Part shown: positions 50,171-59,294 of the stretch, in pieces | How positions within the stretch are numbered: position 1 is the stretch's first letter | How the letters are laid out: every line of letters begins with the position of its first letter | Source of the DNA: an uncultured Nitrospiraceae bacterium | GTDB taxonomy: Bacteria > Nitrospirota > Thermodesulfovibrionia > Thermodesulfovibrionales > SM23-35 | Direction: 5' to 3' | DNA: 64,000 nucleotides | Assembly (NCBI GenBank): GCA_963725545.1 | Contig: CAVRZG010000014.1 | Coordinates: 733-64,732, forward strand | Position numbers and translations under genes: made by a program | Notes under the pieces: model-generated | Databases searched by the model: none | Seen by the model: the letters and a program-made list of their open reading frames with translations, nothing else | What the model was told of the DNA's origin: nothing

Positions 50171-50614
50171 ATGAACAAGATAAACATTGAAACAGGAGTA
50201 GGTCTTTTTATTATCGCCGGCCTCATCTGCCTGGCCTATCTTTCTGTCAGGCTGGGGGATGTCAACCTGACAGGGACTAAAGACTATGTTGTGAAAGCCC
50301 GCTTTTCAAACATAGGCGGCCTGAAAGAAGGGTCTGATGTTGAGATTGCGGGGGTCAAGATAGGGAAGGTCTCAAAGATATCTCTCGATAATTATCAGGC
50401 ATTGGTAGACATGCTGATTGCGCCCACTGTAAAGATACAGGAAGACTCTATCGCAAGCATAAGGACACAGGGTATTATCGGGGATAATTATATCAAGATC
50501 TCACCTGGCGGGGCGTCTGAATACATCAAGCCGAACGGCCTGATGACAGAGACGGAATCCTCCATAGATATTGAATCGTTGATCAGTAAATATATTTTCG
50601 ATAAGAAACAGTAG
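50171..50614 (+). CDS. mlaD: MCE-domain protein (MlaD)
   Basis: 147 aa, N-terminal TM plus MCE fold pattern (F.N.GGLKEGS.V..AGVKIGKV). Confidence 0.85.
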   Translation: MNKINIETGVGLFIIAGLICLAYLSVRLGDVNLTGTKDYVVKARFSNIGGLKEGSDVEIAGVKIGKVSKISLDNYQALVDMLIAPTVKIQEDSIASIRTQGIIGDNYIKISPGGASEYIKPNGLMTETESSIDIESLISKYIFDKKQ

Positions 50615-50629
50615 AAGGGGTAAGACACC

Positions 50630-51097
50630 ATGAATGGTCCGGACATTAAAGAACATCTGAACACGCTTAGGAAAGAGATGATGTTCGATATGCTCGATAG
50701 TGAGGATATTGAAAAGATATCTCCTTTTTTCGAGGTCATTGTCTACCCTGCCAATAAAGTCATATTCAAAGAGGGAGACCTGGGTGATTTCATCGGATTC
50801 GTTCTCTCGGGCAAGCTTGAGGTGAAGAAACAGACAGAGTTCAAAGGGAACCAACTTATAATAGCCCTCCTCAGCAAAGGCGCCATGGTCGGCGAACTCT
50901 CGATGTTCGATCAGCATAAGAGGTCGGCTACAGTTGAAGCAGTTGAAGAGACAACCCTCATGATACTCAGAAACGAGGCAATGGAATCGCTGATTAAGCA
51001 GCACCCTTACACAGGCATTAAGATCCTGAAGGCCTTAATCAGAATCCTCGCCCTCCGCCTGCGAAAGGCAACCGAAAGGCTCACAACTATTTTCTAG
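50630..51097 (+). CDS. stand-alone cyclic-nucleotide-binding domain protein
   Basis: 155 aa. cNMP-binding pattern FKEGDLGDFIGFVLSGKLEV...GAMVGELSMFDQHKRSATVEA. No output domain. Confidence 0.75.
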   Translation: MNGPDIKEHLNTLRKEMMFDMLDSEDIEKISPFFEVIVYPANKVIFKEGDLGDFIGFVLSGKLEVKKQTEFKGNQLIIALLSKGAMVGELSMFDQHKRSATVEAVEETTLMILRNEAMESLIKQHPYTGIKILKALIRILALRLRKATERLTTIF

Positions 51098-51149
51098 CCT
51101 GAATTGGATATACCACCCGAAAAGAATTCTTTTCGGGTGGTCATAAGTC

Positions 51150-52007
51150 TTATTCCTCTACCTTCTTTTTCCTGTACTGCAGATATGCATCCCGGATGGA
51201 GATATAAGGATCGACGGCTGCTTTCTTTAGATCTTCATAATCTCCGATATGCAGCGACGTTGTGTTAACCTCGTCATAGGCAGTAATGCCTATAGATGTT
51301 TCAATAGGGCTTATGTAATTAACAGGGTTCAGAAAACCGTCTCCAAACTTTCCAACAGAATCCCGAAGAGACGACGGTCCCAGAAAAGGCCATACTATAT
51401 AGAACCCGTGACCGATACCATAGTGCCCAAAGGTCTGCCCCAGGTCCTCATCCACACGGGGCACATTCAGATCGACCTTTGCAGCGTCGGCAAGACCACA
51501 GACGCCCGCTGTTGAATTATACGCAAAGCGGACGAGTTCATTTCCCGCCCTCTTTATCTTCAACTGCAGGATATCGCTCACGAAACGTATAGGCGTCATT
51601 ACGTTCTCGAAGAAATTACTGACCGCTATTCTCATATCCTCGGGAATGACCGCAGAATAGCCCTTGGACGCAGGCTTTAATACCCAAAAGTACAGCTTGT
51701 CATTAAAATGATACATGGCCTTGTTCCATGGATAGAGAGGATCAGCTATTGTAACCTTTTCTTCCTCTTTTTCGGCCTCACTGCTCTCAGGTTCCGCGAC
51801 GACCTGTTGCTGTTCAGCAGGTTTCTGTTCTGCCTGCGCAGGCGCCGCAGGAGCAGCCGGTTTTGCCTCGTCCGCAACAGGCGCCGTTTCCTGCTGGGGA
51901 ACAGCATTCCCGGCCACCGAGTTCCCGGAAGATGAATCTGCAAATGTCTGACTGTATCCAACGAAAATAAAAGAAAGCATTATGAATATAAAGGCAAGTT
52001 GTTTCAT
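51150..52007 (-). CDS. mlaA: MlaA/VacJ lipoprotein with Pro/Ala/Glu-rich linker
   Basis: DPLYPWNKAMYHFNDKLYFWVLKP and NSTAGVCGL VacJ motifs. Confidence 0.85.
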   Translation of the reverse strand: MKQLAFIFIMLSFIFVGYSQTFADSSSGNSVAGNAVPQQETAPVADEAKPAAPAAPAQAEQKPAEQQQVVAEPESSEAEKEEEKVTIADPLYPWNKAMYHFNDKLYFWVLKPASKGYSAVIPEDMRIAVSNFFENVMTPIRFVSDILQLKIKRAGNELVRFAYNSTAGVCGLADAAKVDLNVPRVDEDLGQTFGHYGIGHGFYIVWPFLGPSSLRDSVGKFGDGFLNPVNYISPIETSIGITAYDEVNTTSLHIGDYEDLKKAAVDPYISIRDAYLQYRKKKVEE

Positions 52008-52042
52008 GGTCCCCCTCCAATTCTATTATCCTTCATCTATTG

Positions 52043-52636
52043 TTATGACTTCGCAATCTTTTTTCTGAGCGTATCAATCAGCCCGTCAGGCGACTTGCTT
52101 GCTAGGATCTCGCTGAATTGATTTCTGTAGTTGCTGACCAGGCTCACGCCTTCGATGACGACGTCATAGACCTTCCACTCACTCCCTTTCAGAATTACCC
52201 TGTAGTTAATCGGGATGTCCGCCTTCTTCGTCATGATGGTTGTCTGGACCTCTGCGGTCTTTTCAGTGAGTGAGGAATCCTTGTTGAACACCACTTTCTC
52301 ATCCGTATAATTTATGATTTTGTCAGCATAGGCATCTTCGAGCAATTTTTTGTACAGTCCCATAAATTCCTTCTGCTGTCCGGCATTAAGCTTGTTCCAG
52401 TTCTGACCCAGCGTCCTCCTGGAGAGTTCGGAATAATCGAACATGTTTTCCGAGACCCCACGAATCTTCTCTCTTTTGACTTTCTTGCCTGCCTCACCTT
52501 TGAGAGATGGATTACGCAGGACATCGAGTATCTTGTTGATCTGCGATTTGACAGCATCGAGAGGGGGACCGGCATGGACGTAAAATGGGACCATCAGAAA
52601 AACGATAAGAGCAAGAGCAACAGCTTTTCTTCTCAT
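52043..52636 (-). CDS. mlaC: MlaC/Ttg2D periplasmic lipid-binding protein
   Basis: 197 aa, signal peptide, Ttg2D pattern (FDYSELSRRTLGQNWNKL..QQKEF...WKVYDVVIEGVSLV.NYR.QF). Confidence 0.85.
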   Translation of the reverse strand: MRRKAVALALIVFLMVPFYVHAGPPLDAVKSQINKILDVLRNPSLKGEAGKKVKREKIRGVSENMFDYSELSRRTLGQNWNKLNAGQQKEFMGLYKKLLEDAYADKIINYTDEKVVFNKDSSLTEKTAEVQTTIMTKKADIPINYRVILKGSEWKVYDVVIEGVSLVSNYRNQFSEILASKSPDGLIDTLRKKIAKS

Positions 52637-52694
52637 AATTTCCTCCTAATTAGTGTTAATGGGGGTTACTTATTTTTCCACATATGTTACCTGT

Positions 52695-53216
52695 TTATTG
52701 ATTTTTCCTCAATAATTCTTTTATGCGACGAAGGTAACCCCCGGAGTCGTCTATCCGGAATAGCCCGGCTTCGGGTAATTGCTGCGGAGATCCTGTGTCA
52801 GAAAGGACAATATCAGCCATATCGAGAAGCGGGCCGGCGCTTTCTTTAGACAGGTCCGGATCACCGGATACGAAGACCACTATATCAGGTTTTATGGCAT
52901 TGACTGCGCTATTGCCTTCTATAACAATGCCCGGAAGGCCAGAGAGCATTTCCACCGCTGACCGCAGGATATCAGGAAGTTCGTCGGGAGGAGACTGCAC
53001 CCAGAGCACCCGTACTGCTCCGGCATCCACCATCCTTCTTGTATCTTTGCCCTGTGTCAGGATCACTTCACGGTCATCAGTGATAGAACTGAAAAAGGAG
53101 GTCCTGCTATATTTCATGGCGCCCCACCCTTTGAACCGTTTCAGTATCTCACAGGCCACGGTTGTCTTCCCGACACCGCTATGGGAACCGGCAATACCAA
53201 TTATTGTGGGACGCAT
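52695..53216 (-). CDS. mobB: MobB-like P-loop protein (molybdopterin-guanine dinucleotide biosynthesis adapter)
   Basis: IGIAGSHSGVGKTT Walker A and GKDTRRMVDAGA, as in MobB. Confidence 0.6.
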   Translation of the reverse strand: MRPTIIGIAGSHSGVGKTTVACEILKRFKGWGAMKYSRTSFFSSITDDREVILTQGKDTRRMVDAGAVRVLWVQSPPDELPDILRSAVEMLSGLPGIVIEGNSAVNAIKPDIVVFVSGDPDLSKESAGPLLDMADIVLSDTGSPQQLPEAGLFRIDDSGGYLRRIKELLRKNQ

Positions 53217-53277
53217 AAGAGAATCGATGCCTGTTTATCAATTACCAGTTTCTACTGACAATTGATAACTGTTAGAT

Positions 53278-55587
53278 CTAACTTGTTTCTGAACCTGCCT
53301 CTTCTGTCTCTTCCGCCTTCATGACTTCTTTATGTCCGCACTCTTTATTGTGGCAGAACAGGGTTGTTTCGCCGCTCTTGCTCCGTTTCTCGAATAGGAA
53401 ATCCGCGCCGCACTTCGGGCATTGCTTCGGAAAGGGTCTATACCATGAAGCAAATTTGCACTTGGGATAATTGCCGCAGCTCCAGAAAAGTTTCCCCTTC
53501 TTGGAGCGCCTTTCTACAATATCTCCGCCGTCTTTGGGGCATTTTATGCCCGTAGACAGGGGCCGCGCGCTCTTGCATTCGGGGTATTTTGAACATGCAA
53601 GAAACTTCCCGAACCTGCCTGATCTTATGACCATGGGAGAGCCGCATTTTTCACATTTCTCATCCGTAGGCTGCAGAACCTGTTCCGCGGCCTGACCGTT
53701 TTCACCATTTTCAGCCAGGGGCTTGGTATTCTTGCACTTCGGAAATCCGGTGCAGGCGAGGAATCTCCCGTGTCTGCCCCATCTGATTACCATGGGCAGG
53801 CCGCATTTTTCGCACGCGATCTCCGTGGGTATATCCTTTGGCCTCACATCGTCTGTGGCTTTGACGGCATCTGAAAGGTGGCTCTTAAAGGGCTTAAAAA
53901 AATCGCCGATTACCTTCACCCACTTTATCTTGCCTTCTTCTATACTGTCGAGTTCGTCCTCCATTTTTGCGGTGAAATTTACATCCATAAGTTCTGCAAA
54001 CTTATCGACAAGATAGTCATTAACGATCATGCCCAGTTCAGTAGGAGAAAACCTTCCTTCGGCCTTCTGAACATATTTTCTGTCCTGGATAGTCGAGAGT
54101 ATGGTCGCATATGTGCTCGGTCTTCCGATGCCCTTTTCCTCAAGGGCTTTCACCAGCGTGGCCTCAGTGAAACGCGGCGGCGGCTGGGTAAAATGCTGTT
54201 TAGGTTCGAGGTTGAGCAGTTTCAGGGACTCACCCTCTTTCAGGGCAGGCAGCGTGAAGCCTTCCTCCTCTTCGATCTCGTCCTTGCCCTCGGTATAAAG
54301 GGCCATAAAACCGTCGAAACGGATAATGGTCCCTGTAGCCCTGAATTCATACACCTTCTTGCTGTCCTCAGCGACAAATGTCGTCTGATCGAGCTGTGCG
54401 GGCGACATCTGACTCGCTATAAAACGGTTCCATATAAGCAGATACAGGCCGTACTGTTCTTTCGAAAGAAAGGGTTTGACTGTTTCAGGTTTCTTGTCCT
54501 CATAGGTGGGCCTGATTGCCTCATGAGCTCCCTGTGCAGACGCCTTGCTTTTATAAAGAGGCGGTTTTTCCGGTACATAATCTTTGCCGTATGTTTTTTC
54601 GACAAACTCTCTTGCCCACTGCTGTGCTTCAGGCGCAAGACGGTGGGAATCTGTTCTCATGTAAGTAATAAGCCCTACAGAACCTTCCGGACCGAGTTCT
54701 ATGCCTTCGTAAAGCTGCTGGGCTATCATCATCGTCTTTTTCGCCGTGAATCTCAGTTTCCGTGCGGCCTCCTGCTGGAGAGTGCTGGTAATGAAAGGAG
54801 GATACGGCATCCTCTTTCTGTGCTTCCGTTCAATCCTTCCAAGGGTAAAGGTCTGCTCCTTCAGATCAGAGACTACCTTGCCCGCCGTGTCCCCGTTTCG
54901 AATGAGAAACTTCTGCTGCTCTCCCTCAGCCGGCTGCTGCATCTTGGAGAGTTTTGCCCAGAACGCCGGCAGCTTGGAGCCCTCAAATTCTGCATTGATG
55001 CTCCAGTATTCTTCTGAATTAAAGGCGCTGATTTCGCGTTCTCTTTCTACAACCAGTCTTACCGCAACTGATTGCACCCTTCCGGCACTGAGCCCCCTGC
55101 GTATCTTTTTCCAGAGCAGCGGACTTAGTCCGTAGCCGACAAGCCTGTCAAGCACCCTTCTTGCCTGCTGCGCATCGACCTTGTCCATGTCGATCTTTTC
55201 AGGCTTGCCGATCGCTTCACGGACAGCGCGCTCAGTGATTTCATTAAAGACTATCCGGTAGATCTTTTCGTTGGCGGCATGGTTCTTTTTATCAGTTATT
55301 TCATAGGCAATATGCCACGCGATAGCTTCTCCCTCCCGGTCAGGGTCAGGTGCAAGGAATATAGTGTCCGCGTCCTTCGATGCCTTCTGCAGTTCCTTGA
55401 TGATCTTTTCCTTGCCTGGAATAACAACGTACTGGGGTTCAAAATTGTTCTCGATATCGACCCCGAGGTCTTTTGCCGGAAGGTCTCGTATATGACCGAC
55501 AGACGCCTTCACAGTAAAATCTTTACCAAGTATTTTATTAATCGTTTTTGCCTTTGCAGGTGATTCTACGATTACGAGATTGCTCAT
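53278..55587 (-). CDS. topA: DNA topoisomerase I with four C-terminal zinc ribbons
   Basis: Start set at ATG 55587 (MSNLVIVESPAKAKTI). TOPRIM and active-site region ITYMRTDS. Four CxxC...CxxC fingers. ATGA overlap with dprA. Confidence 0.93.
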   Translation of the reverse strand: MSNLVIVESPAKAKTINKILGKDFTVKASVGHIRDLPAKDLGVDIENNFEPQYVVIPGKEKIIKELQKASKDADTIFLAPDPDREGEAIAWHIAYEITDKKNHAANEKIYRIVFNEITERAVREAIGKPEKIDMDKVDAQQARRVLDRLVGYGLSPLLWKKIRRGLSAGRVQSVAVRLVVEREREISAFNSEEYWSINAEFEGSKLPAFWAKLSKMQQPAEGEQQKFLIRNGDTAGKVVSDLKEQTFTLGRIERKHRKRMPYPPFITSTLQQEAARKLRFTAKKTMMIAQQLYEGIELGPEGSVGLITYMRTDSHRLAPEAQQWAREFVEKTYGKDYVPEKPPLYKSKASAQGAHEAIRPTYEDKKPETVKPFLSKEQYGLYLLIWNRFIASQMSPAQLDQTTFVAEDSKKVYEFRATGTIIRFDGFMALYTEGKDEIEEEEGFTLPALKEGESLKLLNLEPKQHFTQPPPRFTEATLVKALEEKGIGRPSTYATILSTIQDRKYVQKAEGRFSPTELGMIVNDYLVDKFAELMDVNFTAKMEDELDSIEEGKIKWVKVIGDFFKPFKSHLSDAVKATDDVRPKDIPTEIACEKCGLPMVIRWGRHGRFLACTGFPKCKNTKPLAENGENGQAAEQVLQPTDEKCEKCGSPMVIRSGRFGKFLACSKYPECKSARPLSTGIKCPKDGGDIVERRSKKGKLFWSCGNYPKCKFASWYRPFPKQCPKCGADFLFEKRSKSGETTLFCHNKECGHKEVMKAEETEEAGSETS

Positions 55588-56675
55588 GCCAGATAAAACC
55601 TCTTTCCTGTAATTTGTTTTACGGCGCCTTTCAACTCCAGTCCAAGAAGGACGCCGAGCACTCTTGATGCCGGCCATCCGCTTTCACGCGATATCATATC
55701 TATCTGCTTAGGTTCGCGGGTAAGCAGGTTACATAATATCTTTTCGTCGCTATTTACTTCAACCTTTACCTTGTCCTTTGATTTTATAAACCCCTTCAAT
55801 ACCGGCGCAAGTTCACTAATAATGTCCTGAGCATTTCGCACAAGGACAGCTCCTTCTCTAATCAGGGTGTGAGTGCCGTCGGAATTACGCGAGTGAATGC
55901 TTCCGGGCACAGCAAAGACCTCTCTTCCGTATTCGGCGGCATGGCGCGCTGTTATCAGTGAACCGCTGTCGGCTGTGGCCTCGATTATCAGCACCCCGAG
56001 AGAAAGTCCGCTTATCAGTCTGTTTCGCCGGGGGAAGTTCTCTCTTTCAGGAGTAGTTCCCGGAGGAAACTCACTTATTACGCAGCCCGACTCGGAAATT
56101 TTCTGCATAAGCATATTGTTTTCGGGAGGATAGGGAACATCAATCCCCGACCCGAGAACAGCAATCGTCCTTCCACCTGATTTCAAAGCACCTTGATGGG
56201 CCTGGGAATCAATCCCTCTGGCAAGGCCGCTGACAACAGTAAATCCCATGGAGGCAAGGTCCCCGGAGACCTCCTCCGCCACTGCTGCGCCATAATGAGT
56301 CATCTTGCGCGATCCGACAACAGCTACAGCAAACCTGTCGTCAGGCTGTATATCTCCCTTCGCATAGAGAACAACCGGCGCATCCATTGTCTCCCTGAGC
56401 ATTTCCGGATATAAAGGGTCGCGCAAACTGATGGCCTTCATCCCTTTCTGCTCCAGTTCTTCCGCATATTGTTCCGCTATGCTCCACAATGAAAAGTCCT
56501 GTATGTTTTTTGCAACGCTCCCGCTCATTTCTGCCTGACTAATCAGCTCTTCCGTGTCTGCGCTGAAGACCCTTTCCGGCTCCTTGAAGACAGAAATGAG
56601 TTTTCTTGCGCGCACGGGTCCGACTTCGGGCACCATGGACAATGCAATCCAGTACCTTATATCAGACATAATCAA
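55584..56675 (-). CDS. dprA: DNA processing protein DprA
   Basis: GLARGIDSQAHQGALKSGGRTIAVLGSGIDVPYPPEN Rossmann-like core. Classic dprA-topA synteny. Confidence 0.9.
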   Translation of the reverse strand: MIMSDIRYWIALSMVPEVGPVRARKLISVFKEPERVFSADTEELISQAEMSGSVAKNIQDFSLWSIAEQYAEELEQKGMKAISLRDPLYPEMLRETMDAPVVLYAKGDIQPDDRFAVAVVGSRKMTHYGAAVAEEVSGDLASMGFTVVSGLARGIDSQAHQGALKSGGRTIAVLGSGIDVPYPPENNMLMQKISESGCVISEFPPGTTPERENFPRRNRLISGLSLGVLIIEATADSGSLITARHAAEYGREVFAVPGSIHSRNSDGTHTLIREGAVLVRNAQDIISELAPVLKGFIKSKDKVKVEVNSDEKILCNLLTREPKQIDMISRESGWPASRVLGVLLGLELKGAVKQITGKRFYLA

Positions 56676-56758
56676 TGAGCAGATTCAATGTAAAATTATC
56701 AATCACGACTTATCGATTCAAATACAGGCTTGTTGATTCCGCAATGATAACCGATACT

Positions 56759-57946
56759 CTATTTCAGCTTTCCCAGCTTTAATCTTAACGCATTGATCTT
56801 GATGAACCCCTCGGCATCTTTCTGATTATAGACTGCTTCCTTCTCAAATGTCGCAAGTTCCGGGTTATATAGAGACTGAGGGGACTTTCTTCCGGTCACA
56901 TAGCAGTTGCCCTTATAGAGTTTGATTCTCACTGTGCCGGTGACATCTTTCTGTATGTCGTCTATCATATGCTGGAGAGCCAGCCGCTCAGGAGAAAACC
57001 AGTACCCGTAATATACCATTTCCGCATAACGGGTTATGACGGAATCCTTTAGATGCATTACTTCACGGTCAAGGGTCAGAGATTCAACTGCCCGGTGAGC
57101 AACATGAAGGACCGTTCCGCCGGGCGTCTCATAGACTCCCCTCGATTTGATCCCAACATATCTGTTCTCTACGATATCGATTCTGCCGATGCCGTTCTCG
57201 CCGGCGAGGGCATTCAGAATATAAAGCAGTTTCCCGGGTGACAAACGCTTATTATTTATCGCAACAGGGTTGCCTTTTTCATAAGAGATTTCGATATATG
57301 ACGGCCTATCAGGCGCCTTCTCCGGAGGTGTGATCATCGTATGCATGTCTGAAGGTGGCTCTTTCCACGGGTCTTCAAGGATGCCCCCTTCATAACTGAT
57401 GTGCAACAGGTTTCGGTCAATGCTGTATGGTTTTTCCTTTGTTGCAGTCACGGGGATACGATGTTTTTCAGAGTATTCGATCAAGGACTTCCGTGAATCA
57501 AAGGGCCATTCCCGCCAGGGTGCAATGACCTTTATATCGGGCTTGAGCGCATAATAGGTAAGCTCAAACCGCACCTGGTCATTGCCCTTGCCTGTTGCTC
57601 CATGTGCCACAGCCTCTGCTTTTTCCAGCTGCGCAATCTCTATCTGCTTCTTTGCGATGAGCGGTCTTGCGATCGAAGTACCGAGAAGATACGACCCTTC
57701 GTATACCGCATTCGCTCTGAGCATAGGGAAGATATATTCCTTAACAAAAGATTCCCTCAGGTCTTCAACATAGACCTTTGAAGCGCCCGTCCTTATCGCC
57801 TTCTTCCTGACCTCCTTAAGGTCCTCGCCCTGGCCGAGATCAGCGCAGAAAGCGATGATCTTGGCTTTATATTTCTCCCGCAGCCATTTTATGGCTACCG
57901 ATGTATCAAGCCCTCCTGAATAGGCAAGCACAATCTTATTCAGCAT
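56759..57946 (-). CDS. argG: argininosuccinate synthase
   Basis: Start set at ATG 57946 ([16 protein letters not shown]) after [19 protein letters not shown] motif. Confidence 0.93.
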   Translation of the reverse strand: MLNKIVLAYSGGLDTSVAIKWLREKYKAKIIAFCADLGQGEDLKEVRKKAIRTGASKVYVEDLRESFVKEYIFPMLRANAVYEGSYLLGTSIARPLIAKKQIEIAQLEKAEAVAHGATGKGNDQVRFELTYYALKPDIKVIAPWREWPFDSRKSLIEYSEKHRIPVTATKEKPYSIDRNLLHISYEGGILEDPWKEPPSDMHTMITPPEKAPDRPSYIEISYEKGNPVAINNKRLSPGKLLYILNALAGENGIGRIDIVENRYVGIKSRGVYETPGGTVLHVAHRAVESLTLDREVMHLKDSVITRYAEMVYYGYWFSPERLALQHMIDDIQKDVTGTVRIKLYKGNCYVTGRKSPQSLYNPELATFEKEAVYNQKDAEGFIKINALRLKLGKLK

Positions 57947-58077
57947 ATACAATCCTCCATTATACGGAATTTGCAAAAGGGAAAGAGCCTGCACTTCCTA
58001 AAAATTAACCATAGCATAAAACCTGAAAAAATGTAAAACCGGCCGATCACCCGAATATTGCATAACATTCTTCCCAA

Positions 58078-58190
58078 TGAAGAACCCTGCGGCAGAGGCC
58101 GCAGGGTTCTTAACGTAAGGAAGTCTTTCTTTATATTCGCTCGCTAACCCCGCGGCAAGCCGACGGGGAATGCACTCGCTATCCGTTTCA
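58078..58190. repeat. repeat family B, copy 2
   Basis: Same orientation as 14385-14499. Stems are conserved and the first loop differs (CAGAGG versus CAAAGA). Confidence 0.85.
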
Positions 58191-58291
58191 TTTTATCAAT
58201 CTACTATACACTCAGCGACTCGCAGACTTGCAAAGGAGGATCTTAACCCGCCCGAATCGTTCAATTTACTTTCAGTGTACTGATGGAATAC

Positions 58292-58299
58292 TGTATAAT
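58292..58299 (+). promoter_or_regulatory. extended -10 promoter element for hupB
   Basis: TGTATAAT, 31 nt upstream of the hupB ATG (AAGGAGG SD at 58319-58325). Confidence 0.45.
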
Positions 58300-58329
58300 G
58301 TTAGGTAATAAAATTTTCAAGGAGGTCTT

Positions 58330-58602
58330 ATGACAAAAGCCGAGCTTGTAGAAAAAATGGCAAAGGACGCCGACATCTCAAAGGCTGCAGCTGGTAAAAC
58401 ACTGGATTCGTTTATTGATGCAGTCACAAAGTCCTTGAAGAAGGGCAACAAACTTACCCTCGTCGGGTTTGGAACCTTTTCCACCGCGAAGAGAAAAGCC
58501 CGCGTCGGAAGAAACCCGAGAACAGGGGCAAAAATCAAGATCCCTGCCAGGAAGATTGCAAAATTTTCAGCGGGCAGCGCACTGAAGACCGCAGTAAAAT
58601 AA
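58330..58602 (+). CDS. hupB: HU-family DNA-binding protein
   Basis: 90 aa, MTKAELVEKMA...GFGTFS...RKARVGRNPRTG. Confidence 0.93.
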   Translation: MTKAELVEKMAKDADISKAAAGKTLDSFIDAVTKSLKKGNKLTLVGFGTFSTAKRKARVGRNPRTGAKIKIPARKIAKFSAGSALKTAVK

Positions 58603-58645
58603 TCATCATTACATATACCTATTTTGAAAGGTGGTGGCAAGTCTC

Positions 58646-58681
58646 ACTGCCTTTTTTTTTGCTTTGAGGCAGTCCTTTTTC
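58646..58681 (+). terminator. terminator candidate after hupB
   Basis: ACTGCCT-N14-AGGCAGT followed by CCTTTTTCT. The loop itself is a T9 run, so the exact fold is uncertain. Confidence 0.45.
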
Positions 58682-58809
58682 TGCGTTCCTCCGACATTCT
58701 CTCCGGAAGCCGAGTATAAGCAGAGTATCCAGTACCCTCATCCTCGGACGAAGCAGGGCTCCGGAGAATCGCAGAGGTTGACATGGACATCCGATCGGTG
58801 CTAAACTGT

Positions 58810-58824
58810 TATTGAGACTCAATA
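58810..58824. promoter_or_regulatory. 15-bp perfect palindrome, candidate Fur-family operator
   Basis: TATTGAG-A-CTCAATA, 24 nt upstream of the fur-family ATG (58848). Confidence 0.4.
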
Positions 58825-58847
58825 TCAAATTGCGGTCCACAGCAACC

Positions 58848-59294
58848 ATGACTAACATGCCACTTGGAAAAAAATTATTCAGCAGCTTTCTCAGGGATAG
58901 GGGACAGCGCGTAACAAAGGAGCGTACCCTGATCCTGCAGAAAATAAGTTCCGGCAACGGGCACTTCGACCCGGAGTCTCTCTATGTGCAGATGAGGGAG
59001 ACAGGCCTTAAAGCTTCTAGGGCCTCCGTATACAGGACTCTTAACCTGCTGCATGAGTGCGGTCTCATTGAACGTGTCAGAACAACCGACAGAGGATCCA
59101 TTTATGAGTCCACATTCGGGCATAAGCATCACGACCATATGCTCTGCCTTCAATGCGGAAAGGTAATTGAGTTTTATTCTGAAGAACTTGAGCGACTGCA
59201 GGAGTCCATATGCATCAATCAGGGATTTCAGGGGAAAAGCCACACACTTGAGATCAGGGGTTTCTGCAGGAAATGCCGGAAGAAAAAGAAATAG
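58848..59294 (+). CDS. fur: Fur-family metalloregulator
   Basis: RVTKERTLIL...FDPESLY...ASVYRTLNLL winged helix, HHDHMLCLQCGKVIEF and C-terminal CRKC zinc sites. The 3' end overlaps feoB by 22 nt. Confidence 0.8.
   Translation: MTNMPLGKKLFSSFLRDRGQRVTKERTLILQKISSGNGHFDPESLYVQMRETGLKASRASVYRTLNLLHECGLIERVRTTDRGSIYESTFGHKHHDHMLCLQCGKVIEFYSEELERLQESICINQGFQGKSHTLEIRGFCRKCRKKKK

Noticed and set aside
53878-55017. 379-aa plus-strand ORF
   Set aside because: It lies antisense to topA, whose identity is unambiguous. It is a shadow ORF.
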